Counted from the first letter of the stretch, positions 39,401-47,895 are shown. The stretch is 64,000 nucleotides of DNA from Arenicellales bacterium (GCA_965200715.1 OZ241374.1:2725031-2789030), one strand, 5' to 3'. The notes: generated from the sequence alone by a model not told the origin. Numbers and translations: made by a program.

Positions 39401-39867
39401 GATGGCTTTTGGATCGCCAACACGATGATGGCGGATGGGGTGAGCACCATAGTGGTTGTATGAGCGGCGAGTATGTTGACCATAAAGAGAGTCAAGTCAT
39501 TCAAAGTGCCTGGGCTTTGATCGCTCTGCAGGTTGCAAGAGATGCTAGCTGGAACGCTATTTCCAGAGGAGCACAATATCTACTTGATATGCAAAATGAA
39601 GATGGCTCTTGGCCAAAGCAGGATATGGCAGGTGTGTTTTTTAGAACAGCGTTGCTGGATTATGTTTTATATCGACAGTATTTTCCGATTCATGCACTGG
39701 GGCTGTATGAAAAAAATCGCCATATTAGAATGAATCTGGCTACTTCTGTAATATCCATGCAGGAATCAGCAGATATCAATACCAGAGACGAAACATTGAT
39801 ATCTCCGGTCAATCAACCCAATTCTTCAACGGACCAAGACCGTGCTCTTGCATCTACTGCAAAATAG
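36400..39867 (+). CDS. Fusion protein: FAD-dependent squalene monooxygenase (aa 1 to ~440) + oxidosqualene cyclase (aa ~475-1155)
   Basis: A single uninterrupted 1155-codon ORF. The N-terminal part has VAIVGGGPVGSVCALAHARKG and GDAAGHYHPMTAMGMTF (the squalene epoxidase motif). The C-terminal part has repeated QW motifs (RAQNRDGSFGSY, RKTQRADGSWRGVWG, LDRQHDDGGWGEH, LDMQNEDGSWP) and the catalytic GWPVSDCTAEA (Asp codon at 38944-38946). The ATGA overlap with the cyp51 stop couples the two genes. Confidence 0.85.
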   Translation: MTSKYDVAIVGGGPVGSVCALAHARKGSHVVMLEANPKSAYRLAGEWLHPPAVRILEELGVQLDIECEQPIGKGFAIFPEDGTEAIRFPYSKNARGFSCEHSTLVASIHKTVINQPNIDFLLDARAVAVEDGLIEYTYQGAKETIHAPRIIGADGQASIVRQSLGLSVNPKIISQTVGIILNDVELPLEGYGHVFLGGPGPILIYRLSEGQVRLISDIPQDRTSPRDRISFLLDSYTEILPDTIKPSFMEALRMKKFQIAINKVRPHVTYGNSKRILIGDAAGHYHPMTAMGMTFGFADAFALAEHEDFKIFTRKRFRDTHTPSFLAMGLYEVFADYHSEAVAIRHAIYSRARASSGFRNRTIRLLACDDTSAIRMNIAFFSTVVQAVYKQIPFSLNKLAWQKSYKTLESLCRRLWWLLLAIKQLYKVKYRGEDMDDRAWNMLSGVFKFSVPFQKSKNKQTKLRDKPSSDASPALQSAIAQLANLQRKDGSWEGEMVWCPMLTAQYALLHYIIGKPLSAKRRKNILRSFVKTRFDNGTWGMHDHSDPHLFVTTLVYIASRLLGIERDDPMLKPAQEFIESEGVVNVPSWGKFWLAVLNLYEWQGVNAVLPELWVLPRWLPIHPSKWYCHTRLIYMAMSVIYGHRFQTSLSPEIESLREELYPNGFDQVDFSKTRNLLREGDLFARPHFLLRVANSLTRFYEERHHKTTRKRSMNEMSEKIKWELQTTDHTSISPVSGTLNILALWLQDNENPDAKRGLDQLEGWVWEDKTDGARVTGARSGSWDTGFALQALQPVSSFDGTTRIMKSGARFLTENQIRTSFEGYSESYRNDPRGGWCFAGGWHGWPVSDCTAEAVLGLIAFHGKAADKSAIKDAIEFMLRAQNRDGSFGSYESIRSRIGLEWLNPAEMFGESMTEGAYVECTASCLEAFSACKENFPDLVNTQVMNAIIKGDAWLRKTQRADGSWRGVWGIQYIYGTLFGIRGLMATGAKPSDPALRLACRWLLDRQHDDGGWGEHHSGCMSGEYVDHKESQVIQSAWALIALQVARDASWNAISRGAQYLLDMQNEDGSWPKQDMAGVFFRTALLDYVLYRQYFPIHALGLYEKNRHIRMNLATSVISMQESADINTRDETLISPVNQPNSSTDQDRALASTAK

Positions 39868-39930
39868 TTCAAGAATTTGGATGATGACCCTACCCATACC
39901 ATGGTTTGAAGGTGCCGTTGAAAATAACAA

Positions 39931-40398
39931 TCACCTGCCTTTTGTGACTTGTTCGGAAATCCGGTCGAAAAAATAGCCAATCTGCTTTTTTGCAAAAGGT
40001 TTGATCACTAATGCTCCAATTTTTGCTAGTGGCCCATATACCACTATTTCAGCAGAATAATTGATACGCGCATTATCCTCATCCATGGATTCAAGTCTGA
40101 CATCTGCTTTCGCTTCCGCAGTGACTTGATCATCACTTTTAACCGAGACTTGCAGTTTATATTTCTCGATAGCGTTACTGTCAATGATCTTTAGTTTTGC
40201 GGAATAATGGTTTTGGACTGGACCAATCTTAATATGAAAAAGGGCAATATACTCGCCATGGTCCAATCGATTGACCTCATAGCAACTGTTCAAGCATGCT
40301 TTCAGGATTTCGGGATCAGTGATCGCTTGCCATAAACGCTCTGCAGATAGAGGGACCGCATAACTGGAATTAATTTTCATATCTTCCAACTTGTTCAA
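39931..40398 (-). CDS. SRPBCC superfamily protein, CoxG-like (START-like ligand-binding fold)
   Basis: The sequence ...AVPLSAERLWQAITDPEILKACL...YGPLAKIGALVIKPFAKKQIGYFFDRI follows the CoxG family pattern over its full length. Confidence 0.7.
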   Translation of the reverse strand: MNKLEDMKINSSYAVPLSAERLWQAITDPEILKACLNSCYEVNRLDHGEYIALFHIKIGPVQNHYSAKLKIIDSNAIEKYKLQVSVKSDDQVTAEAKADVRLESMDEDNARINYSAEIVVYGPLAKIGALVIKPFAKKQIGYFFDRISEQVTKGR

Positions 40399-40537
40399 TT
40401 TGTCTCAATTTTCAGATATTTTCTATATACTAGAAAATGCAACAGTTTAAACCATTGAAAATTGGTCAGTATTTCACATATTTTTGCATTCAAGTATAAT
40501 CTATTTATGTTCATTACTCTAAATATGAATAGAACTT

Positions 40538-41368
40538 GTGTATAACTCTCGACTCCAATCAAATACTAGTGATATCAATTTATCTGAGCAATTTCAGAAT
40601 CTTGGTTGGCTTCATTTCAAATTTGACCCTGCTCTTCTCAAGTGGGTTGATCATGTACTGCCCTATGCAAGAGCCGCAGTAGCCGCTCCCGAGAATGCCG
40701 AATGGTTACGTTGTGGTGGCACTTGGTTTGTAGGAGTCAACCTACTGCCCAATAATTTACAAGGCCGAGTTGATGATTCAGATCCAATTAGCGGGGAAGC
40801 AATCTCGTTTCTCAAGAATAATCATGCATTTACTGGATTTAATCTGGACAAGGCACAGATATCCGTCTGTTATCCTGGATATCCGAAACCTTCCGAAACT
40901 GAATTCGGTTCCACGTATCGCTACCGCCGTAATCGTGATGGTGCACATATTGACGGACTGCTCGCAATTGGAGCGGACCGTCGTCGATACCTGAAAGAAC
41001 CTCATGCTTATATACTCGGGATTCCAATGACCGACTTCAACGCTGATGCCGCACCCCCGGTTGTATGGGAATCTTCGCATAACATTGTTCGCGCTGTATT
41101 CCGGGAATTCTTTTCTGATATCCAAGAGGAACTATGGGCAGATGTCGATATCACCAATACCTATCATCATCTTCGCAAAGAAGTATTTGACAAATGCCAA
41201 CGCATTCAACTGAAACTGAAACGAGGAGAGTCCTTCCTAGTTCATCGATTGGCATTACATGGCATTGGCCCATGGGGTGAAACTGCTAGAGCTGGTCCTG
41301 ATGGTAGGATGATCTGCTATTTCAGACCAAAATTCAAAAGTCCAAGTGAATGGCTATGTGCACCATAA
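40538..41368 (+). CDS. Hypothetical protein, possible PhyH-like Fe(II)/2-oxoglutarate oxygenase
   Basis: Candidate HxD (GAHIDG), a mid-region VVWESSH and a distal His (FLVHRLALHG) are spaced as in PhyH-type dioxygenases. This is a weak, motif-only call. Confidence 0.3.
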   Translation: MYNSRLQSNTSDINLSEQFQNLGWLHFKFDPALLKWVDHVLPYARAAVAAPENAEWLRCGGTWFVGVNLLPNNLQGRVDDSDPISGEAISFLKNNHAFTGFNLDKAQISVCYPGYPKPSETEFGSTYRYRRNRDGAHIDGLLAIGADRRRYLKEPHAYILGIPMTDFNADAAPPVVWESSHNIVRAVFREFFSDIQEELWADVDITNTYHHLRKEVFDKCQRIQLKLKRGESFLVHRLALHGIGPWGETARAGPDGRMICYFRPKFKSPSEWLCAP

Positions 41369-41490
41369 TCTTTGGGTTGAATCGAAATTATTTCGACAGA
41401 CAAGTACATGTGAATACATATTTCATCAAACTCTATCAATCGAGTTATCTATCCCACAATGGTTCACTTGTCTCATAATGCTCCCACAAT

Positions 41491-42111
41491 ATGAAAATTA
41501 GCGATTATCTGAACAATTTTCCATCTGATATCCCAATCAATATCATCGGACCACTATATCGCTCTGGCCCGCTACAAGAACCCGTTTTATTCATCGATGG
41601 AGGGACCAATTACCGCTGCAACGATTCTGGGCTATCTGTAGGCGATGGCGACTCATCGGAATTCCCTTTGGATATCCTTCTTTCGATCAATAAGGATTTT
41701 TCCGATCTTGCTTATGCTCTTTCTGCCATTCCATCTCATTTTTCCAATGTCTACCTATATGGATTTCTGGGCGAACGGCGTGACCACGAATTATTCAACC
41801 TAGGTGCAGCACACCGATTTCTCGAAAACCGTAGCCAACCCTCAACAATCCAATTCGAGCAAACTATCATCGGCTATACTGCTGGGAGATGGAATTTTCA
41901 AAGAGATGGTCTGTTTAGTATCCTGTGCCTCAAAGATACCTGGTTAACCTTACATGGTGAGTGTAACTATCCGTGTCAGGACCGTACTCAGTTCCAAGTA
42001 TTGGACTCACTAGGCTTAAGCAATGTTGGTCATGGTGAAATCGATTTGCAAAACGAAGGTCCGGTTTTTGTTATCTTTGAAACTCCAACCAAATACCAAC
42101 ATAGAACATAA
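41491..42111 (+). CDS. Thiamine pyrophosphokinase-like protein
   Basis: FIDGGTN, VGDGDSS, NKDFSDLAYAL and GFLGERRDHELFNL mirror the TPK catalytic-domain motifs. Confidence 0.6.
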   Translation: MKISDYLNNFPSDIPINIIGPLYRSGPLQEPVLFIDGGTNYRCNDSGLSVGDGDSSEFPLDILLSINKDFSDLAYALSAIPSHFSNVYLYGFLGERRDHELFNLGAAHRFLENRSQPSTIQFEQTIIGYTAGRWNFQRDGLFSILCLKDTWLTLHGECNYPCQDRTQFQVLDSLGLSNVGHGEIDLQNEGPVFVIFETPTKYQHRT

Positions 42112-42116
42112 CGGTC

Positions 42117-42983
42117 ATGAATGATCTATTCGATTTTAAGCCAAAACCTACCAGATTCGCTGTTATGGGAAATCCGATCGAACATAGTCGATCACCGGAA
42201 ATTCACCGTGAATTCGCCTTACAGACCAGCATTAATCTGGAATATGACCGAATCCGGGTTGACGGAGGGTTTAATCAGGCTGTCAGTCATTTCCAAGCTA
42301 GTAATGGAGCTGGATTGAATATTACAGTTCCATTCAAGGTCGATGCCTGGAAACTCTGTACTCGGACAGGCAATCAGCTAAGCACAAGAGCTGATAGTGC
42401 CAGAGCTGTCAATACCCTTCGTTTTCAAGAAAAAGACACCATATATGGAGACAATACCGATGGAATCGGATTGGTTACCGATCTTCAGCAAAATATTGGT
42501 TTTGCTATTGAAGAATCATCAATATTGTTGGTTGGTGCAGGAGGTGCGGTACGAGGCGTGCTTGGACCGCTGATTGAATGTTGCCCAAAAAGCATTGAAA
42601 TAACGAATAGGACGATGAGTAAAGCCTCTGACTTGGCTGAGTTATTCGGTGAGAAAGTTAGCGCTGTAACCATAGAGGAAACTACTCGGAGGAAATACGA
42701 TTTGATCATCAATGGGACTGCGGCAGGTTTACATGGGCAATTGCCTGAACTAAAGCCAACTTGCGTTCGTTCAAATACTCTAGCATATGATATGGTCTAT
42801 GGCTTGCAGACTACACCTTTTATGGAATGGGCGCTAGACAACGGAGCCTATGCTGTCCATGATGGATTGGGGATGCTGGTCGAACAGGCAGCTGTCTCAT
42901 TTCACTTGTGGCATGGCATTCACCCACAAACCAAACCTGTAATTGAACTGATTAGCAAAATTCATCATGTCAGGAATTCATGA
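42117..42983 (+). CDS. aroE: Shikimate dehydrogenase
   Basis: FAVMGNPIEHSRSPEIH, GLNITVPFK, NTDGIG and VGAGGAVRGV motifs. Confidence 0.9.
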   Translation: MNDLFDFKPKPTRFAVMGNPIEHSRSPEIHREFALQTSINLEYDRIRVDGGFNQAVSHFQASNGAGLNITVPFKVDAWKLCTRTGNQLSTRADSARAVNTLRFQEKDTIYGDNTDGIGLVTDLQQNIGFAIEESSILLVGAGGAVRGVLGPLIECCPKSIEITNRTMSKASDLAELFGEKVSAVTIEETTRRKYDLIINGTAAGLHGQLPELKPTCVRSNTLAYDMVYGLQTTPFMEWALDNGAYAVHDGLGMLVEQAAVSFHLWHGIHPQTKPVIELISKIHHVRNS

Positions 42984-43866
42984 AAAGCCTTTGGTAATTG
43001 CAATCTCTTCTCGGGCGCTTTTCGATCTAACGGAAAGCCATCAAGTTTATTCTTCAGAAGGAGTCGATGCCTACTGTGAATATCAAATTAAACACGAAAA
43101 CGAGATCCTTGAACCTGGGGTGGCATTTCTCATGGTTCAAAAATTTCTAGCGCTCAATCAAGCGAAAAACGAACAGCGATATCCATGTGTAGAAATTGTC
43201 CTGATCTCTCGAAACAGTGCCGACACCGGCCTTAGAATTTTCAATTCTATTGAACACTATCAATTGAATATTACCCGAGCTGCCTTCACATCTGGTGGGA
43301 TCCCTTACAAGTACGTATCACCATTTGGCGCCGATTTGTTTCTCTCAACTGACCCTCAAGATGTCAGCCAAGCATTGTTGAATGGACATGCTGCCGCGAC
43401 CATCCTTCCATCACAGGCTAGAGATGATCCAGATGATTTACTTCGCATTGCTTTTGATGGAGATTCCGTGCTCTTTTCGGATGAATCTGACAAAATCTAT
43501 CGAGAACAAGGAATTGATGGATTTGCAAAACACGAGAAAAAGAATGCCAATCATCCACTTCCCGGTGGCCCATTCAAGAGTTTTCTTGGGACGCTTCATC
43601 GTATTCAGAAAGAGCATTCTGATTCACCTATTCGAACCGCCTTGGTTACCTCACGTTCTGCACCTGCCCATGAAAGAGTAATCAAAACTTTACGTGCTTG
43701 GGATATCCGAATTGATGAGAGTTTTTTTCTAGGTGGTATGAAGAAAGGAATATTTCTAAAATGCTTTGGCGCAGATATCTTTTTTGATAATCAACAAGTG
43801 CATTGCGATACGGCTCGCCAATATGTAACAACTGGCCATGTGCCGATCGACTCTCAACCCGATTGA
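42967..43866 (+). CDS. 5'-nucleotidase family protein (Legionella cN-II-like family)
   Basis: The N-terminus PLVIAISSRALFDLTESHQVY..GVDAYCEYQ, plus RIAFDGDSVLFSDESD and ALVTSRSAPAHERVIKTLRAW, fit the bacterial '5-nucleotidase' family. Confidence 0.7.
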   Translation: MSGIHEKPLVIAISSRALFDLTESHQVYSSEGVDAYCEYQIKHENEILEPGVAFLMVQKFLALNQAKNEQRYPCVEIVLISRNSADTGLRIFNSIEHYQLNITRAAFTSGGIPYKYVSPFGADLFLSTDPQDVSQALLNGHAAATILPSQARDDPDDLLRIAFDGDSVLFSDESDKIYREQGIDGFAKHEKKNANHPLPGGPFKSFLGTLHRIQKEHSDSPIRTALVTSRSAPAHERVIKTLRAWDIRIDESFFLGGMKKGIFLKCFGADIFFDNQQVHCDTARQYVTTGHVPIDSQPD

Positions 43867-44180
43867 TTATCCAAAAAATCCTTCATCAGTCTAACTCTGT
43901 TCTGAAAATAATCTATTCAATCTCCAAGAAGTTAGTCTGAAAAATCTGCATGTTCTGATTCATCATTGTGATTTAGACAAGCGCCTCAAACTTGTTTGGT
44001 GGATTGAAAAAAACAGATTAGCTATAACGGCGGTAAATAGACGATGGATAAAATACCTTGAGCAAGGTCATCTTCTTGCTTTTTTCGCATTCGTGAGGTT
44101 TGATGTTTTTTTATCTTGGTATTTACTTATTGCTGAAGAACAAAGCAAGCCAACTCAGCGCTATCAGGCATATCCTACTT

Positions 44181-44536
44181 TTATTGTGATAAATATGTTT
44201 GGAGAGCAACGATTAGGCTTCTTTGAGCAATCAGTGCAGCGAAAGTCCACTTAAGCAAACTGGTTTGTGCAGATGCCAGTTCTGCCTTAGCCTCCTGCCG
44301 TGCTGCTCCAATCCTCTCCTTGGTTTCTTCACGTAGTGTTTCAATACTCTCCTTGGTTCCTTGCGTAATGCTTCAATGCTAGATTCTATGGTTGAAACAT
44401 CAGACTTGGCCGCAAGATTGGTGTTCAGCAAGGAGACCTGTTCATCCGCCAATATCTCAACCTGCTGCTCGGCAAACCCAGAACTAACCAAGCGTTTAAC
44501 ATAGCGATGTTAATCAAAAGAAATAGCTTTGTTCAT
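44181..44536 (-). pseudogene. DUF1640 family paralog 2, inactivated
   Basis: The sequence starts MNKAISFD then hits an in-frame TAA (44510-44512). A 1-nt deletion at about 44356-44361 switches the frame (…SIEALRKE | TKESIETLREETKERI…LLKWTFAALIAQ…). Confidence 0.7.
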
Positions 44537-44957
44537 GACCCAATCTCAATGATTACAACAACATTATTCTGAAGCAAGATCATAGAAGAAATCATAACAG
44601 GCTTCAAACCCCACACGCATCTCAAATTCGGCCGACACCGCACTAATAGGATTTTCTGGATTATCATATTGTTTCAGAAAAATTATAGGCAAATATAAAC
44701 AGTATAGACAACAATATTTGACTATTTATGATTCATATTAATATCTTTGCATCTGAAAATTAACGTAGAATCGTCTGAATCTCAAATAGAGGGATGATTA
44801 TACATTCCATTTGAACATAATATAGATTAGCGGTACTGGTCCTTGAGTATTGAATATTTGTCAAGAATCAGCCCTGTTCTTTTTAGCCTGAAATCAAAAA
44901 GTGATAATCCCTTGAACAATTGACTAACCGAACTTCTGAATCGATACATCTATAGGA

Positions 44958-46211
44958 TCATGGTAAGGTATTCTCCCCTTGCATCAGCACACTGATGTCT
45001 TCCTTTTCTCGAACTACCTGAAATTGGTCACCATCGACCATGATCTCAGCAGGCCTTGGTCGACTGTTGTAGTTTGATCCAAGTACGGACCCATATGCGC
45101 CAACTGTCTTCACTGCAAGAAGTCCCCCGGGTCGAACCGCAAGTTCTCGGTCTTTACCAAGAAAATCTGCACTCTCACAAACTGGTCCAACTACATCGTA
45201 CTTTTTTCGCTGACCCTCGCCATTTTCGATCACCTCGAAAATCTCGTGATAGGCCTGATACAGCGCAGGACGGACCAAATCGTTCATCGCTGCATCAACA
45301 ATACAAAAAGCTGATTGCTCATTCTTCTTCAAGCTGTGCACCCGAGTAATCAGGATGCCTGCATTACCAGCAATAGCCCGACCGGGCTCAATCGCAATCG
45401 GAATCACCAAACCACGGCTTTGCATTTGTTCGGTAATCTGTTTCGCATAATCATCTGGAGACGGAGGTAATTCGTCTTTGTATCTCACACCTAAACCACC
45501 ACCAAAATCGATCTCCTGAACCTCGATACTTTGAACTGCTAATTTCTCGACAAAATCCAGGATTTTTTCGAGCGCATCTCGGTAAGGTTCTAATTCGATG
45601 ATTTGCGAGCCAATATGGCAGGCCAACCCGCGTATACGGATTCCTGAAGTCTCCCGTGCTTGCAAATAAATCTCCATCGCACGCTCTTCCGGAAAACCGA
45701 ATTTATTTTTTTTCAAGCCTGTTGAAATATAAGGGTGAGTACGGGCATCGACATCTGGGTTTACTCTAACCGATATAGCAGCCTCGATTTCTAGTCTGTT
45801 GGCAATCTCAGAAATGGATTCAAGCTCTCCCTCCGATTCAATATTGAATGCAACAACACCTGATTGAATAGCCTCGGTGATTTCCCAATCCTGCTTGCAG
45901 ACACCGGAGAAAATCGTTTGCGCAGGATCACCGCCGGCTCGAATAACTCGAAGCAACTCACCACCCGAGACAATATCAAAACCGGAGCCCATTCGGGCGA
46001 GTATATTGAGCACTGCAAGATTAGAATTGGCTTTAACCGCATAATGAATGCGATGTGGATAATCTCCAAAAGCACGATCAAATGCGTGCCAGTGGCGTTC
46101 GAGTGTAGCTCTCGAATACACATAACACGGAGTACCGACATCCCGAACGATATCGCTTATCGATACATCTTCAGCATGCAATAAAGAATTTCTAAAATGA
46201 AAATAATCCAT
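44958..46211 (-). CDS. lysA: Diaminopimelate decarboxylase
   Basis: GTPCYVYS, YAVKANSNLAVL, GGGLGVRY, EPGRAIAGNAG and GPVCESAD motifs. Confidence 0.9.
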   Translation of the reverse strand: MDYFHFRNSLLHAEDVSISDIVRDVGTPCYVYSRATLERHWHAFDRAFGDYPHRIHYAVKANSNLAVLNILARMGSGFDIVSGGELLRVIRAGGDPAQTIFSGVCKQDWEITEAIQSGVVAFNIESEGELESISEIANRLEIEAAISVRVNPDVDARTHPYISTGLKKNKFGFPEERAMEIYLQARETSGIRIRGLACHIGSQIIELEPYRDALEKILDFVEKLAVQSIEVQEIDFGGGLGVRYKDELPPSPDDYAKQITEQMQSRGLVIPIAIEPGRAIAGNAGILITRVHSLKKNEQSAFCIVDAAMNDLVRPALYQAYHEIFEVIENGEGQRKKYDVVGPVCESADFLGKDRELAVRPGGLLAVKTVGAYGSVLGSNYNSRPRPAEIMVDGDQFQVVREKEDISVLMQGENTLP

Positions 46212-46291
46212 AAATTTGGAACCCCATAATTACCGATTCTGCAGTGAGATTGGATCTCAAACTTCTCCACATCGTACACCACAACAGATGG

Positions 46292-46504
46292 CTAACTGGA
46301 GGTAGAATTTGTTTCCTCGTCTTCTTCGGGGACCGATTTTAACTCTGTCTCTGATTCAAAGACATCCACAACCGGTTCCGGAATATACAAAGGCCCCTTT
46401 TGTCCGCAACCACTTAACAAAAAAGCACAAACCGCCCCAATGAAAAGCCAACAGCAAAGGAGGGTCTTGATATTGAGAACTGAGACGAATCGATAAACGT
46501 TCAA
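46292..46504 (-). CDS. lptM: Small lipoprotein, LptM/YifL-like
   Basis: Lipobox FLLSGC is followed by GQKGPLYIP, the YifL signature. The position between argH and lysA fits. The stop of argH overlaps its start. Confidence 0.55.
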   Translation of the reverse strand: MNVYRFVSVLNIKTLLCCWLFIGAVCAFLLSGCGQKGPLYIPEPVVDVFESETELKSVPEEDEETNSTSS

Positions 46505-47895
46505 GCGGATCGACCTTTTATTTTCCTTGCAGCTTGTTTTGCTGCTTTTCGGACTTGAGCTGGGGACGTCCCCCCAATATGATCGCGCCTCGAAAGTGAA
46601 CCATCTAGCGTGATACTCTCAAACACGTCCGAATCGATTTTTTCGCTAAACTCCCTCAGTTTCTTGAGTGGTACATCATGCAAATAAGTGTTGTTACGTA
46701 CCGTATAGGCAACAATACGACCAACGATTTGATAGGCGTCACGAAAAGGAATTTCTTTATCCACAAGATAATCAGCAAGGTCCGTCGCTGTCTGATGTCC
46801 AAGCGAAGCCATTTTTGCCATATTTTCCGGAAATAACTCAATGCTTGGCAACATGGACAGAAAAATGTTAAGACAGGATTTAACGGTATCCACTTGATCA
46901 AAGAGTGGCTCTTTATCTTCCTGATTATCTCGGTTGTAAGCTAAGGGTTGTGCCTTCATAATCATCAGCAAGGTAACCAGATTTCCAGTTGCACGACCCG
47001 ATTTGCCGCGAATTAACTCGGCAACATCCGGGTTTTTTTTCTGTGGCATGATGCTCGATCCGGTACAAAAATTCTCACCAATGTCGATGTATTCAAGCGA
47101 GGGCATCGACCATAAAACGAGCTCTTCAGCAATCCGTGAGAGATGGATCATCAATATCGCTGAGCTGGAAGCAAATTCAATCGCGAAATCCCGATCCGAT
47201 ACTGCATCGAGTGAATTCACCATCACTTTTCGAAAACCCAGTTTCGATGCAGTCATCTGCCGATCAATTGGATAGCCCGAACCGGCGAGAGCTGCTGAGC
47301 CTAATGGACTTTCATTTGTACGTCCATAACAATCTCGAAGTCTACGATAATCCCGATCTATCATCTCATTCCAAGCGAGAAGATGATGACCGAATGTAAC
47401 TGGCTGAGCTGGCTGCATGTGTGTCCAACCAGACATGATGGTTCCTGATTCCTCTCCTGCCCTGCGAGTCAATTCAATTTGAATGTCGGTTAGGAGCTCA
47501 CATATGCAATTGATCTCCTCCATCAGATATAAACGTATATCAGTCGCAATTTGATCATTTCGAGACCGACCTGTATGCAGTTTTTTCCCCGTTTCTCCAA
47601 TCTTTTCAATTAAGGCAGACTCGATGTTCATGTGTACATCTTCCTGATCTACCGACCAGAGAAACTTACCTGACTCAATCTCACCCTGAATCTCCTTGAG
47701 TGCTTTGCTGATTTTTTCCGACTCTTTTTCGTCGATAATGCCTTGTGCAGAAAGCATTTCAACATGTGCAATTGAGCCGGCAATATCATGCTTGTAAAGC
47801 CGCTTATCGAAACTAACGGACTGGGAGAATTTCTCCATCAGATCGCTGGGGCTTTCGGAAAATCGACCAGACCAGAGTTTGGCTTTCTTACTCAT
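46501..47895 (-). CDS. argH: Argininosuccinate lyase
   Basis: LWSGRF, TGRSRNDQIATD, GWTHMQPAQPVTFGH and GSSIMPQKKNPD motifs. Confidence 0.9.
   Translation of the reverse strand: MSKKAKLWSGRFSESPSDLMEKFSQSVSFDKRLYKHDIAGSIAHVEMLSAQGIIDEKESEKISKALKEIQGEIESGKFLWSVDQEDVHMNIESALIEKIGETGKKLHTGRSRNDQIATDIRLYLMEEINCICELLTDIQIELTRRAGEESGTIMSGWTHMQPAQPVTFGHHLLAWNEMIDRDYRRLRDCYGRTNESPLGSAALAGSGYPIDRQMTASKLGFRKVMVNSLDAVSDRDFAIEFASSSAILMIHLSRIAEELVLWSMPSLEYIDIGENFCTGSSIMPQKKNPDVAELIRGKSGRATGNLVTLLMIMKAQPLAYNRDNQEDKEPLFDQVDTVKSCLNIFLSMLPSIELFPENMAKMASLGHQTATDLADYLVDKEIPFRDAYQIVGRIVAYTVRNNTYLHDVPLKKLREFSEKIDSDVFESITLDGSLSRRDHIGGTSPAQVRKAAKQAARKIKGRSA

Noticed and set aside
36400-39867. Considered whether the cyclase half is a squalene-hopene cyclase (a hopanoid pathway) rather than an oxidosqualene cyclase.
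   Set aside because: The catalytic motif is VSDCTAE (OSC type), not the DxDDTA of SHCs. It is fused to an epoxidase and sits with CYP51 and a sterol reductase, none of which is used in hopanoid synthesis.
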